From an uncultured Chloroflexia bacterium (GTDB lineage: Bacteria; Chloroflexota; Limnocylindria; Limnocylindrales; CSP1-4), in contig CAVWFY010000018.1 in NCBI GenBank assembly GCA_963754485.1, positions 77,469 to 141,468 of the forward strand: DNA of 64,000 nt. Direction: 5' to 3'. This document shows, piece after piece, positions 10,015 through 19,367 of the stretch. Each line of letters starts with the position of its first letter. Position 1 is the first letter of the stretch. A program made the position numbers and the translations under genes. Below the pieces are notes generated by a model. That model was given only the letters and a program-made list of their open reading frames with translations. It had not been told where the DNA came from and ran no database searches.

Positions 10015-11870
10015 CGACGACTGAAGGCATCGAGCACGACGTCCAGCTGCTCGATCGGGTCACCATCCGCTTCGCGGGTGACTCCGGCGATGGCATGCAG
10101 CTCACCGGGACCCAGTTCACGCGGACCGCGGCCGTGTTCGGCAACGACATCAGCACCTTCCCGGACTACCCGGCCGAGATCCGGGCCCCCGCGGGCTCCC
10201 TGCCCGGCGTGTCCGGCTTCCAGATCAGCTTCTCCGCGTCGGACATCCACACCCCGGGCGATGCGCCGGACGTGCTGGTCGCCATGAACCCCGCGGCCCT
10301 CAAGACGAACGTCATGGACCTGCCCGCGGGCGGCGCCATCATCGTCAACGCAGACGCGTTCACACCCGGAAACCTGGGCAAGGCGGCCTACGCGGCCAAC
10401 CCGCTGGTGGATGGCTCCCTGAAGCAGTACAGGGTCTTCGAGGTCCCGATCTCCACCCTCAATGCGAACGCGCTCGAGGGGCTGGACATGACCAGCAAGC
10501 AGGTGGACCTGACGAAGAACTTCTTCGCGCTGGGCCTCATGTTCTGGCTCTACGAGCGGTCGATGGCGCCGACCAACTCGTGGATCGAGGAGAAGTTCGG
10601 CGGCCGTCCGGTCATCGCCGAGGCCAACCGCCGGGCCCTCGCCGCGGGCTATGCCTTCGGCGAGACCACGGAGATGTTCCACACGACCTACCGGGTGCCG
10701 AAGGCGCAGCTGCCCCCGGGCACCTACCGGAACATCACCGGCAACGAGGCGACCGCCCTGGGCTTCCTCGCCGCCGCCAAGGCCGCGAGGCGCGAGCTGT
10801 TCTACGGCTCCTACCCGATCACGCCGGCAACGGACATCCTCCAGCAGCTGGCCGGCTACAAGTCGTTCGGCGTGCGGACCTTCCAGGCCGAGGACGAGAT
10901 CGCCGCGATTGGCTCGACCATCGGTGCGGCCTACGGCGGTGCCCTCGCACTGACCGGGACCTCCGGGCCGGGCGTCGCGCTCAAGACCGAGGCCATGGGT
11001 CTCGCGGTCATGACCGAGCTGCCGATGGTCATCGTCAACGTCCAGCGCGCCGGCCCGTCGACGGGCCTCCCGACGAAGGTCGAGCAGGCTGACCTGTTCC
11101 AGGCGATCTTCGGCCGCAACGGCGAGTGCCCGATGCCCGTCGTGGCCCCGGCCACCCCCGGCGAGTGCTTCACGATGGCGATCGAGGCGTCCCGCCTTGC
11201 GCTGAAGTACATGACGCCGGTCATGTACCTCTCCGACGCGTTCGTCGGCAACGGATCGGAGCCCTGGCGCGTGCCGTCGGTTGACGAGCTGCCGGATATC
11301 TCCGTCCCGAACGCCGTCAAGGGCGAAGGCACGTTCCTCCCGTACGGCCGGGACCCTGTGACCCTGTCGCGCCCGTGGGCCATCCCCGGCACGCCCGGCC
11401 TCGAGCATCGCACCGGCGGCCTGGAGAAGCTCGACGGCCTGGGTACGGTGAGCTACGACGCGGACAACCACCACCGGATGTCGGTCCTGCGCCGTGACAA
11501 GGTCGCGGGCATCGCGAAGGACATCCCGGACCAGGACGTCTTCGGGCCGGAGTCGGGTGAGCTGCTGATCGTCGGCTGGGGCTCCACCTTCGGCGCGCTG
11601 CGCAGCGCGGCCGAGCTGCTCCAGGCCGAGGGGAAGTCGGTCTCGCACGCGCACGTCAGGTACCTCTTCCCGTTCCCGGCCAACCTGGGCGATGTCCTGC
11701 GGCGCTTCAGGACGGTGCTGGTGCCCGAGCTCAACCTCGGCCAGCTCAGCTTCGTGATCCGAGGCACGTATCTCGTGGACGCCCGGAGCTACGGGCGCGT
11801 GCGGGGCAAGCCGTTCCGGATCGCCGAGATCGTGGACGAGGCCAACCGGATCCTGGCGGAGCGGAGCTGA
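10011..11870 (+). CDS. korA: 2-oxoacid:ferredoxin oxidoreductase, alpha subunit
   Basis: This 619-aa protein reads RFAGDSGDGMQLTG...FPDYPAEIRAP...SYPITPATDILQ...GTSGPGVALKTE, which matches the KorA-type fused gamma/alpha architecture. Confidence 0.9.
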   Translation: MTTTEGIEHDVQLLDRVTIRFAGDSGDGMQLTGTQFTRTAAVFGNDISTFPDYPAEIRAPAGSLPGVSGFQISFSASDIHTPGDAPDVLVAMNPAALKTNVMDLPAGGAIIVNADAFTPGNLGKAAYAANPLVDGSLKQYRVFEVPISTLNANALEGLDMTSKQVDLTKNFFALGLMFWLYERSMAPTNSWIEEKFGGRPVIAEANRRALAAGYAFGETTEMFHTTYRVPKAQLPPGTYRNITGNEATALGFLAAAKAARRELFYGSYPITPATDILQQLAGYKSFGVRTFQAEDEIAAIGSTIGAAYGGALALTGTSGPGVALKTEAMGLAVMTELPMVIVNVQRAGPSTGLPTKVEQADLFQAIFGRNGECPMPVVAPATPGECFTMAIEASRLALKYMTPVMYLSDAFVGNGSEPWRVPSVDELPDISVPNAVKGEGTFLPYGRDPVTLSRPWAIPGTPGLEHRTGGLEKLDGLGTVSYDADNHHRMSVLRRDKVAGIAKDIPDQDVFGPESGELLIVGWGSTFGALRSAAELLQAEGKSVSHAHVRYLFPFPANLGDVLRRFRTVLVPELNLGQLSFVIRGTYLVDARSYGRVRGKPFRIAEIVDEANRILAERS

Positions 11871-11874
11871 CCCG

Positions 11875-12907
11875 ATGACCGAGACGCTCGACCCCACCCC
11901 CATCAAGCTGACCCGCAAGGACTTCGTCGCGGAGCAGGAGGTCCGGTGGTGCCCCGGCTGCGGGGACTACTCCATCCTGGCCCAGACCCAGAAGGTGATG
12001 CCCGACTTCGGCGTGCCGCGGGAGAACATCGTCTTCATCTCCGGCATCGGCTGCTCCGGGCGCCTGCCGTACTACATGAACACCTACGGCTTCCACTCGA
12101 TCCACGGCCGTGCGCCGACGCTCGCCACCGGGCTCAAGGCAGCCCGGCCGGACCTCATGGTCTGGGTCATCACCGGTGACGGCGACGCGCTGTCGATCGG
12201 CGGCAACCACTTCCTGCACACGATGCGCCGGAACGTGGACATGACGATGGTCATGCACAACAACCGCATCTACGGCCTGACCAAGGGCCAGACCTCGCCC
12301 ACGTCGGAGTTCGGGAAGCGGACGAAGTCGACGCCGATGGGCTCGGTCGACCGGCCGATCATGCCGCTCACGATCGCGCTCGCCGCCGAGGCCACGTTCG
12401 TTGCCCGGACGGTGGACAACCACACCGAGCACATCCAGGGCACGCTCGAGGCCGGCGGTCGCCATCGCGGCGCATCGTTCATCGAGGTGCTCCAGAACTG
12501 CAACATCTTCAACGACGGCGCCTGGCGTGACTTCACGGACCGCGACGTGCGCGACGAGCGGATGCTGTTCCTCGAGCACGGTGAGCCGCTCATCTTCGGC
12601 AAGGAGCGCGACAAGGGCATCCGGCTCAAGGGGCTCCACCCGGAGGTCGTCACGATCGGCGAGAACGGCATCACGGAGGCCGACCTGCTCGTCCATGACC
12701 AGCACGCCGAGGATCCCGTACCTCGCGCTGATCCTGTCGCGGATGTTCTGGCCCGAGTTCCCGGTGCCGGTCGGGGTCCTGCGCGAGGTGGACCGGCCGA
12801 CGCACTCGGACCTGATCGACGAGCAGATCCAGCAGGCGATAGCGCGATCGGGCGAAGGCGACCTGGCCAAGGTCCTCCTCGCCGGCGAGACCTGGACGGT
12901 GACGTAG
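11875..12907 (+). pseudogene. korB: 2-oxoacid:ferredoxin oxidoreductase, beta subunit, frameshifted near 12712-12720
   Basis: Frame 1 gives WCPGCGDYSIL...GIGCSGR...ITGDGDALSIGGNH up to HDQHAEDP. The conserved C-terminus (YLALILSRMFWPEF...LLAGETWTVT, TAG 12905-12907) continues in frame 2. The frame-1 read-through is an Arg/Pro/Gly-rich shadow. Confidence 0.85.
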
Positions 12908-12909
12908 CG

Positions 12910-13410
12910 ATGCTCTGCCCCACCTGTCGGTACGACAACTTCGAGGGTGACGACAACTGCGCCAACTGCGGCGCGGATCTCGCGATGGCCGACGTCGCCA
13001 GGACGGCGGCCGAGTTTCACGACACCATCCTCGGCGACCACCTCGACGCCCTGGGCATCGGCGACCCCATGCTGGTGGAGCCGGACCTGCCCGTCGCGGA
13101 CGCGATCCGCGCGATGCACCAGGGCGGGCGGGACTGCCTGCTCGTCTGTGAGGAAGGCCGGCTGGTCGGGATCTTCACGGATCGCGACGCGGTTGCCAAG
13201 GCGATCGACAAGCGGCTGGCTCTGTTCCACGTGCGGGACTTCATGACGCGGGACCCGGTGGTGCTCCGCCCCGAGGACACGATCGCCATGGCGATCCACA
13301 AGATGGCCGTCGGCGAGTTCCGGCATATCCCCGTCGTGGACGACGGCAGGCCGATCGGCGTCGTGGCTGCCGTCGACGTGTTCCGCCACCTCGTCCGCTC
13401 GCTCGGGTGA
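12910..13410 (+). CDS. zinc-ribbon plus CBS-pair protein
   Basis: ATG 12910 lies 2 nt after the korB stop. The protein has CPTC-x12-CANC, then two CBS motifs (LVGIFTDRDAVAKAI and PIGVVAAVDVFRHLV). Confidence 0.75.
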   Translation: MLCPTCRYDNFEGDDNCANCGADLAMADVARTAAEFHDTILGDHLDALGIGDPMLVEPDLPVADAIRAMHQGGRDCLLVCEEGRLVGIFTDRDAVAKAIDKRLALFHVRDFMTRDPVVLRPEDTIAMAIHKMAVGEFRHIPVVDDGRPIGVVAAVDVFRHLVRSLG

Positions 13411-13808
13411 CGGCGGCTCCCGACCTGTCGCTCCCGCGCGTCGCCGTCCTCGCCGATGACCTCATCTGGTCCACGCGCCTGGCTGACGGTGTTCGCCGTG
13501 CCGGCGCTGAGCCCGTACCCGCCCGGTCCACGGAGGCCCTCGACCTCGCGCTCGAGGGCGCGGCCGGGTGCATCGTCGACCTGACGGCCCGCGCCTACGA
13601 TGGCCTGGCGGCGCTCCGGGCGGCCGCGCGAGCCGGTGTTCCGGCGGTGGCCGTGGGCCAGCACGATGACGCGGAGCTACGTCGCGAGGCACGGGAGGCG
13701 GGTGCCACGCGCGTCTACGCCTACCGCACCCTGTTCGAGCACGGCGACCGCGAGCTCGGCGCCTGGATCGCCGGCCTCCGGGTCGGCCCGGAGGAGGAAG
13801 CACGATGA
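13407..13808 (+). CDS. receiver-like (pseudo-receiver) hypothetical protein
   Basis: It is joined to its neighbours by a GTGA overlap upstream and an ATGA overlap downstream. RVAVLADDLIW...GCIVDLTA...AVGQHDD has a CheY-like strand pattern but lacks the conserved T/S and K. Confidence 0.45.
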   Translation: MTAAPDLSLPRVAVLADDLIWSTRLADGVRRAGAEPVPARSTEALDLALEGAAGCIVDLTARAYDGLAALRAAARAGVPAVAVGQHDDAELRREAREAGATRVYAYRTLFEHGDRELGAWIAGLRVGPEEEAR

Positions 13809-14967
13809 CCGGCATCCCCGCAGGGCGGTTCGTGGAGCGGCTCGCGGCCGCCCAGCGGGTGGCCGGCGCGGCAGGTCTCGACGCGCTGCTGGTGGGCGTG
13901 GGACCAGACCTCCAGTACCTGGCCGGCTACGCAGCCCTGCCCGCGGAGCGCCTCACGCTGCTCGTGGTGCCGGCCGCCGGCGGAGCGCCGCTCACGCTGA
14001 TCGCCCCACGGCTGGAGGTCACGCCCGCCCGTACCTGCCCCGCAGCCGCGGCGGGGGTGCTCGAGATCGCGACCTGGGAGGAGACCGAGGACCCCATGGC
14101 GCTGGTCGCCTCGCGGCTGGAGGCGGCCACCGGGACGGCGGCAGGTGTGATCGGGGCCGTCGCCGTGTCCGACGGGCTCCGCGCGGCGTTCGTCCTGGGC
14201 CTCCAGCGGGTCCTGCCCGGGGCGCGGCTCTCCGTGACGTCGAGCGTCCTGCGGGCGCTCCGCATGCGCAAGGACGCCGACGAGGTGGCCCTGCTGCGGG
14301 CTGCCGCCCAGGCCGCCGACCGGGTCGTGGCCACCGTCGCGAACGGATCGCTCGTCGGGCGGACCGAAGCCGACGTCGCCCGCGAAGTCCGGGAGCGCCT
14401 CGTCACGGAGGGCCACGAACGGGCCGAGTTCTCGATCGTCGCCTCGGGACCCAACAGCGCGTCGCCGCACCACGAGCCGGGCGAGCGTGTCATCGCCGGC
14501 GGCGAGCCCATCGTCATCGACATCGGCGGGACGCTGGGAGGCTATGGCTCCGACATCACGCGCACCGTCTGGGTCACCGGCCCCGGTGGCCGCGGACCGG
14601 ACGCCGAGTTCCTGCGCCTGTACGGCGTTCTCCACGATGCCCAGGCGGCCGCGACCGCCGCGGTCCGACCCGGCGTTCCATGCGAGGGATCGATGCCGTC
14701 GCACGGCGGCGCATCACGGACGCGGGGTACGGGCCCCAGTTCTTCCACCGGACCGGACACGGGATCGGCCTCGAGGGCCACGAGGAGCCCTACCTGGTCG
14801 AGGGCAGCCGCGAGCCGCTCGCGCCGGGCATGGCGTTCAGCGTGGAGCCCGGGATCTACCTGGAGGGCCGGTACGGTGCCCGGATCGAGGACATCGTCGT
14901 GTGCGGCGAGACGGGGCCGTTCGTCCTCAACGAGGTGACCCGCGACCTCCAGGTCGTCACCGGCTGA
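13805..14967 (+). pseudogene. M24-family Xaa-Pro peptidase, frameshifted near 14684-14692
   Basis: The N-terminal frame reads ...FSIVASGPNSASPHHEPG...IVIDIGGTLGGYGSDITRT...AAVRPGVPCE. The catalytic C-terminus (IDAVARRRITDAGYGPQFFHRTGHGIGLEGHEEPYL...SVEPGIY...ARIEDIVV) continues in another frame. Confidence 0.85.
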
Positions 14968-15092
14968 CCCGGGGCACCGCCCGGCCGGCGGAGGTATCAT
15001 CCGCCGATCGACCGCGACCCCCGGCCGACGCCAGAGCCTCCAACGATGACCATCCTTCCTGCGCGGGCGATCGCCCCGCGCCTCAACGACCG

Positions 15093-15827
15093 ATGAGCCG
15101 GCACGGCCGGCGCGGCCGTCATCAGCACTCCGGTGCCGCCCCACGGCCTCGACCGGCGGCGCAGGCTTCCGACCGCCCGACGGCGCCCGTCGAGGCGCGC
15201 ACGGCGGCGCGCCCGGATGCCCCCACCCAAGGGCCCGCTTCCGTGCTGGTCGACCCGATCGTCGACGTGCCCGTCGCAGGCGAGATCGTGAAGGCAGCCG
15301 CCCCGGTCGCCGACGTTCCGCCCGCGCCGTCCCCCCGCACCGCCTCGTTGCCTGTGACTGCGCAGGCGGAGGTTGCAGTCGCCGGGCTGGCGCTGGCCCC
15401 GGCACCGGCGCAGGCCCCGCTGGCCCCGACTCCGGCGCAGGCCCCGCTGGCCCCAGCCCCGTCGCCGGCCCCGGCAGCCCCGGCCCCGGCTCCCCCAGCC
15501 ACCATGGGACACGTGCCCGCGCCGTGGCAGGACGGCGACCCCTACCGCCCGACATGCACCGTCGCCCAGCTCCGCCGCTTCATCAAGAGCCGGCCGTGGA
15601 TCCCGATGCATGAGCTGCGCCGGCGTTTCGGCATCATCGGCGACGACGATGACGTCTCGCCGATGCGCGTCGGCAACCACACGCTGTTCATCGGCCTGCC
15701 GGCGGCCGAGGGCCGCCTGATGGCAGAGCTCCTCGGTGCAGGCGACGTCGGCTACGAGCTGTCCCTGGATCCGATCACGCCCGTCGTCGTGGGCGTGTAC
15801 CCGATGCGGCCCGTCCCACGGGGCTGA
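15093..15827 (+). CDS. hypothetical protein with a Pro/Ala-rich repeat N-terminal region and an unassigned ~100-aa C-terminal domain
   Basis: The start is uncertain (ATG 15093, GTG 15244 or ATG 15505). GC3 is high through the PA-rich part. The C-terminal part reads PTCTVAQLRRFIKSRPWIPMHELRRRFGI...; I recognised no family. Confidence 0.45.
   Translation: MSRHGRRGRHQHSGAAPRPRPAAQASDRPTAPVEARTAARPDAPTQGPASVLVDPIVDVPVAGEIVKAAAPVADVPPAPSPRTASLPVTAQAEVAVAGLALAPAPAQAPLAPTPAQAPLAPAPSPAPAAPAPAPPATMGHVPAPWQDGDPYRPTCTVAQLRRFIKSRPWIPMHELRRRFGIIGDDDDVSPMRVGNHTLFIGLPAAEGRLMAELLGAGDVGYELSLDPITPVVVGVYPMRPVPRG
15404..15457 (+). repeat. 27-bp tandem duplication encoding (A/T)PAQAPLAP
   Basis: CCGGCGCAGGCCCCGCTGGCCCC occurs at 15404 and again at 15431. 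Confidence 0.8.
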
Positions 15828-15887
15828 TCACCAGGGCATTGGCCCCGAGTCGGGGCTGATCGCGGGGGCGCGGTCGCTGCCGGTCAC

Positions 15888-17711
15888 TCAGATCCCCGCG
15901 TCGTAGGACCTCGGCAGCGCCTCAACCACCGGCGCCTTGGTGCGCAGGTCTCGCAACGCGGCCTGGTCCATCGACGCGAGCCGCGGCAGGTCCGGCTGGT
16001 TGCTGCGCAGCAGGCGCTCGGTCAGCGTGGACAGCAGCAGCTTGTTGACCTCGGGGATCTCCATCACCCCCCGCAGCGCGTCCGCGGGCACCTCCATGAG
16101 CGTGCTGGGACGCGTGGCGACGACGTCGGCCGTTCTTGGGCTGCCGGTGAGGGCCGCGATCTCGCCGAAGAAGTCGCCCGCGCCCATCGTGGACAGGCCG
16201 CGGTAGCCGCCGTCCTCCTCGGGAATGCCAGCGGCAGCCTCGCCTTCGAGGATGAAGTAGGCCGCGGTCGCCTTGTCGCCCTTGGTGACCAGGCGTGAGC
16301 CCTCGGGGTACTCGCGGACGAGAGCGTCCCTGATGAAGGTGGCCCGCTGCGGCTGCGAGAGGCGGGTGAACGTGGCGAGCCGGCCCACGAGGAGGTCGAA
16401 GTCGGCCATCGTGGCTGGCCGGGCCTGTGCCGTGACGGCCGCTGGGGCGGCACGCAGTGCGGCGAGACCCCGACGCCACTCGGCTGCCGGTCGTCCGACG
16501 CCGGGCGCTACGAGCGCCGCCAGTGCGGTGACCACGAGGATCAGCGAGGCCAGGATGATCAGCACCCGGACATCGAACACGTCCGCCAGGCCGGCGGCCG
16601 CCATGCCGGCCAGGAAGATCACGTCGCGCATGACGAACAGGGCCGAGAACACGCGGCCGCGCAGCTCGCGCGGGGTGTGTCGCTGGAGCAGCGTCTGGCG
16701 CGCGACGGCCGAGGGCGAGTTGAAGAAGCCGCTGACCGTGACCCAGACGATGCCGATCAGGATCGTGGGCGAGAGGCCGTACAGGATCCCGGCGATGCCC
16801 ATGCCCATGTACCCGACGAAGACCCACAGGCCGATCTGGAGCCGGTCCGCGTACTTGGCCATGAACAGGCTGCCCAGCACGAACCCGATCGAGGTCAGGC
16901 CCTCCTGGATCCCGTATTCGAACTCCGAGCCGCCAAGGACGGTGATGGCCATCGGCAGCAGCAGGACGTTCCACAGGCCGAAGGCGAAGAACACCGGGGC
17001 ACCCAGCAGGAACAGCGAGCGCAGCATCGGCGTGTCCCTGATGGTGCGCACGCCGGTCGTCAGGTTGCTCACGACGAGGCCGACGGACACATCCTCGTCG
17101 GGGACCTCCATCTTCACCCGCGTCTTCATGAAGTAGATGCAGAGGGCCGAGAACACGAAGGTCAGCGAGTCGATCCAGAACGCGAGCCGGATGTCGATGG
17201 CGGCAAGCAGGCCCGCGGCCGCGAACCCGATTGCCGTGGACCCGAAGGACGCGATCTGCAGGAAGGAGTTGGCCGCCGTCAGCTCCTCGTCGCTCGCGAT
17301 CTCCGGGATGAGCGCCTCGTAGGCGGGGTCGAAGAACATCTTCACGCCGGCGTTGGCCAGTATGGCGACGAACAGCAGGGTGATATCGATCCCGAGCAGG
17401 AACGGGATCGTCGCGACGATCACGGCCTGGAGGAGGTTGCTCGCGATCATCACCTTGCGCCGGTCCCAGCGGTCCACGAACACGCCGGCGATGAGCCCGA
17501 CGATCAGGCTGGGCACGGCGGTGGCCATGAGGGTCACGCCCACGAGGAACGCGGACCCGGTCTGGTCGTAGACGTAGATGCCCGCGGCGAGGTCCGTCAG
17601 GGCGGAGCCGGCGGTCGACACCAGCTGCGCCAGCCACATCAGGACGAAGTCGGGCTTCTTGAACACCGCGGTCGGCGAGATGCGCGCCGGCACGGCCTCG
17701 GCGCCGCTCAC
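15888..17711 (-). CDS. MFS transporter fused to a C-terminal cyclic-nucleotide-binding domain
   Basis: It has about 12 TM helices, then a cNMP-binding signature (YFILEGEAAAG...GAGDFFGEIAALTGSPRTADVVA). Confidence 0.8.
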   Translation of the reverse strand: MSGAEAVPARISPTAVFKKPDFVLMWLAQLVSTAGSALTDLAAGIYVYDQTGSAFLVGVTLMATAVPSLIVGLIAGVFVDRWDRRKVMIASNLLQAVIVATIPFLLGIDITLLFVAILANAGVKMFFDPAYEALIPEIASDEELTAANSFLQIASFGSTAIGFAAAGLLAAIDIRLAFWIDSLTFVFSALCIYFMKTRVKMEVPDEDVSVGLVVSNLTTGVRTIRDTPMLRSLFLLGAPVFFAFGLWNVLLLPMAITVLGGSEFEYGIQEGLTSIGFVLGSLFMAKYADRLQIGLWVFVGYMGMGIAGILYGLSPTILIGIVWVTVSGFFNSPSAVARQTLLQRHTPRELRGRVFSALFVMRDVIFLAGMAAAGLADVFDVRVLIILASLILVVTALAALVAPGVGRPAAEWRRGLAALRAAPAAVTAQARPATMADFDLLVGRLATFTRLSQPQRATFIRDALVREYPEGSRLVTKGDKATAAYFILEGEAAAGIPEEDGGYRGLSTMGAGDFFGEIAALTGSPRTADVVATRPSTLMEVPADALRGVMEIPEVNKLLLSTLTERLLRSNQPDLPRLASMDQAALRDLRTKAPVVEALPRSYDAGI

Positions 17712-17873
17712 GACGCGGTCTCCGACGACATGCCCGGGTCACCCGCTGCCGCATGGATCCTCCCAGTCCCTGCACGACCCCGGCGTCGCGGTCACCGTCC
17801 CGGACGCGAGGACTGGCGCGAAGTGTACGGTCCCGGACCGCTAGCATTCGAGTCTGCCGCACACGGAGGATCG

Positions 17874-18585
17874 GTGTTCGACGAGACGTTCGCCCGGGGG
17901 GCGCTGGCGCGCTGCGTGCTGTTCGAGGGGGTGGACCTCGACGCCATGGATGCGTGCCTCGCCTGCCTGCGCGTCCGGCGATTCCGGCGGGACGAGACGG
18001 TGTTCCACCAGGGCGACCTCGGTGATGCCCTGCACGTGATCGCGAGCGGCTTCGTCAAGGTCGTGCTGCCCTCGCCCGACGCCGGCGAGCCCGCCATCCT
18101 TGCAACCCTCGGCCCGGGTGACTTCTTCGGGGAGCTGGCCCTGCTCGACGGAGATCCCCACTCGGCCTCCGTCATCGCCCTCGAGCCGACGGAGACCCTC
18201 GTCCTGGGTCGTGTCGACTTCGAGCGGCTGTTCGAGTCGCAGCCGGGCATGCGGCGGGCCCTGGTCGCGTCGCTGGCCCGCCACCTGCGGCGGCTGACGG
18301 GCCACGTCGAGGCTCTCCACTTCCTGGACCTTCGCGAGCGGCTCGCGCTCCGGATCGCCGAGCTGGCGGCGGAGCAGGGCCGGGGCAGCGGCTGCTTCGC
18401 GGACCGGCGAGGTGCGCCTCGACCGCCACTACACGCAATCGGAGCTCGCCGGGATGGTGGGCGGGTCACGGGAATCGGTGAACCGGATCCTCGCGGAGTT
18501 CGTGACCCGGGGGCTGATCCGATTCGAACGCGACACACTGGTCGTCCCGGATGTCGGGCGGCTCACCACGGAGGGGCGACCATGA
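17874..18585 (+). pseudogene. Crp/Fnr-family transcription regulator, frameshifted near 18380-18408
   Basis: GTG 17874 follows GGAGGA. The cNMP domain (GDFFGELALLDGDPHSASVIA) is in frame 0. The HTH (GEVRLDRHYTQSELAGMVGGSRESVNRILAEFVTRGLI) is in frame 1 and ends at TGA 18583-18585. Confidence 0.8.
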
Positions 18586-19367
18586 GCGAGCCACGCGAGT
18601 CGGCGATCCTGCACGCGCTCGAGGAGGTCGCGGCACGCGCGGCTGCCGCCGGCCGCCTCGAACCTCCCGGTGGAGAGGCGGTCCTCCGTTCCGTCGTGGA
18701 GGCCACGGTCGCCCTGTTCGATGCCGAGGCCGCCTCGATCGCCCTCCATGATCCCGCCACGGACCAATTGGTGATCCGCGTTGCGGCCGGCATGGCGGGC
18801 GAGGGCGCCGTTGGCCTGGCGTTCTCGTCCGGCGAGGGGATCGCGGGGTACGTGTTCACCACCGGCCAGCCGCTGGCCGTGGCCGACGTCGAGTCGGACC
18901 CGCGCTTCGACCGGTCGGCCGCCGAGCGGACGGGCTACGTGCCGCGGTCCATCCTGGCCGTACCGCTGCTCGACGACGCGGGGAGCATCGGCGTGCTCGA
19001 GGTGCTGGACCGGCACGGAGACCAGGGGTTCGGGCTACGTGACCTCGACCTCGCGTCCGTGTTCGCGCGCCAGGCGGCGGTGGCGATCCGGGCCAGTCGC
19101 GTGGAACGCGACGTCACCGAGCTCCTGAGGCTCACCCTGGCACGGCTTGCGGCCGACCCCGAGGCAGATGCAGTGGCCCTGGACGCTGCGGTGGCGGAGA
19201 TCACGCTCGGCCTTGACGACGATGAGGGTGCGCGCCTGTGGGCCCTGGCGGATGCCGTCGCGAGAGCCCGGAAGGCGGCTCCGGACCAGGTGGCCTTGGT
19301 CGTGGAGATCCTCGATGCGCTCGCCCGTCGCGGGTCGCGGCAGGCGCCCCGGTCGTTCCGCAGGTGA
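18582..19367 (+). CDS. GAF-domain protein with a helical C-terminal extension
   Basis: Its ATG overlaps the Crp stop as ATGA. The GAF core reads ASIALHD...GEGIAGYVFTTGQPLAVADVESDPRF...SILAVPLLDDAGSIGVLEVLD. Confidence 0.8.
   Translation: MSEPRESAILHALEEVAARAAAAGRLEPPGGEAVLRSVVEATVALFDAEAASIALHDPATDQLVIRVAAGMAGEGAVGLAFSSGEGIAGYVFTTGQPLAVADVESDPRFDRSAAERTGYVPRSILAVPLLDDAGSIGVLEVLDRHGDQGFGLRDLDLASVFARQAAVAIRASRVERDVTELLRLTLARLAADPEADAVALDAAVAEITLGLDDDEGARLWALADAVARARKAAPDQVALVVEILDALARRGSRQAPRSFRR

Noticed and set aside
9489-11918. 809-aa minus-strand ORF. Similar long antisense ORFs lie at 54299-56293 (-), 46129-47883 (+), 60940-62919 (-) and 57896-60265 (-).
   Set aside because: All are antisense to clearly identified genes (korA, ilvB, ilvD, cimA and leuA/leuB). 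All have low-complexity Arg/Gly/Pro composition and no motifs.
11875-13410. 511-aa ORF that reads as a KorB-CBS fusion protein
   Set aside because: The middle 65 aa are out-of-frame junk. The genuine KorB C-terminus (YLALILSRMF...ETWTVT-stop) lies in the +1 frame and ends at 12907. The zinc-ribbon/CBS protein has its own ATG at 12910.
15065-15115. 16-aa upstream ORF (MTILPARAIAPRLNDR) overlapping ATG 15093 as ATGA
   Set aside because: It has no SD and is very short. The downstream start is itself uncertain, so there is nothing to support it beyond the overlap.
16677-19367. 896-aa plus-strand ORF
   Set aside because: It is a composite: antisense of the MFS gene, then the Crp N-terminus, then an out-of-frame stretch, then the GAF gene. 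It stays open only because of the Crp frameshift and the high GC.
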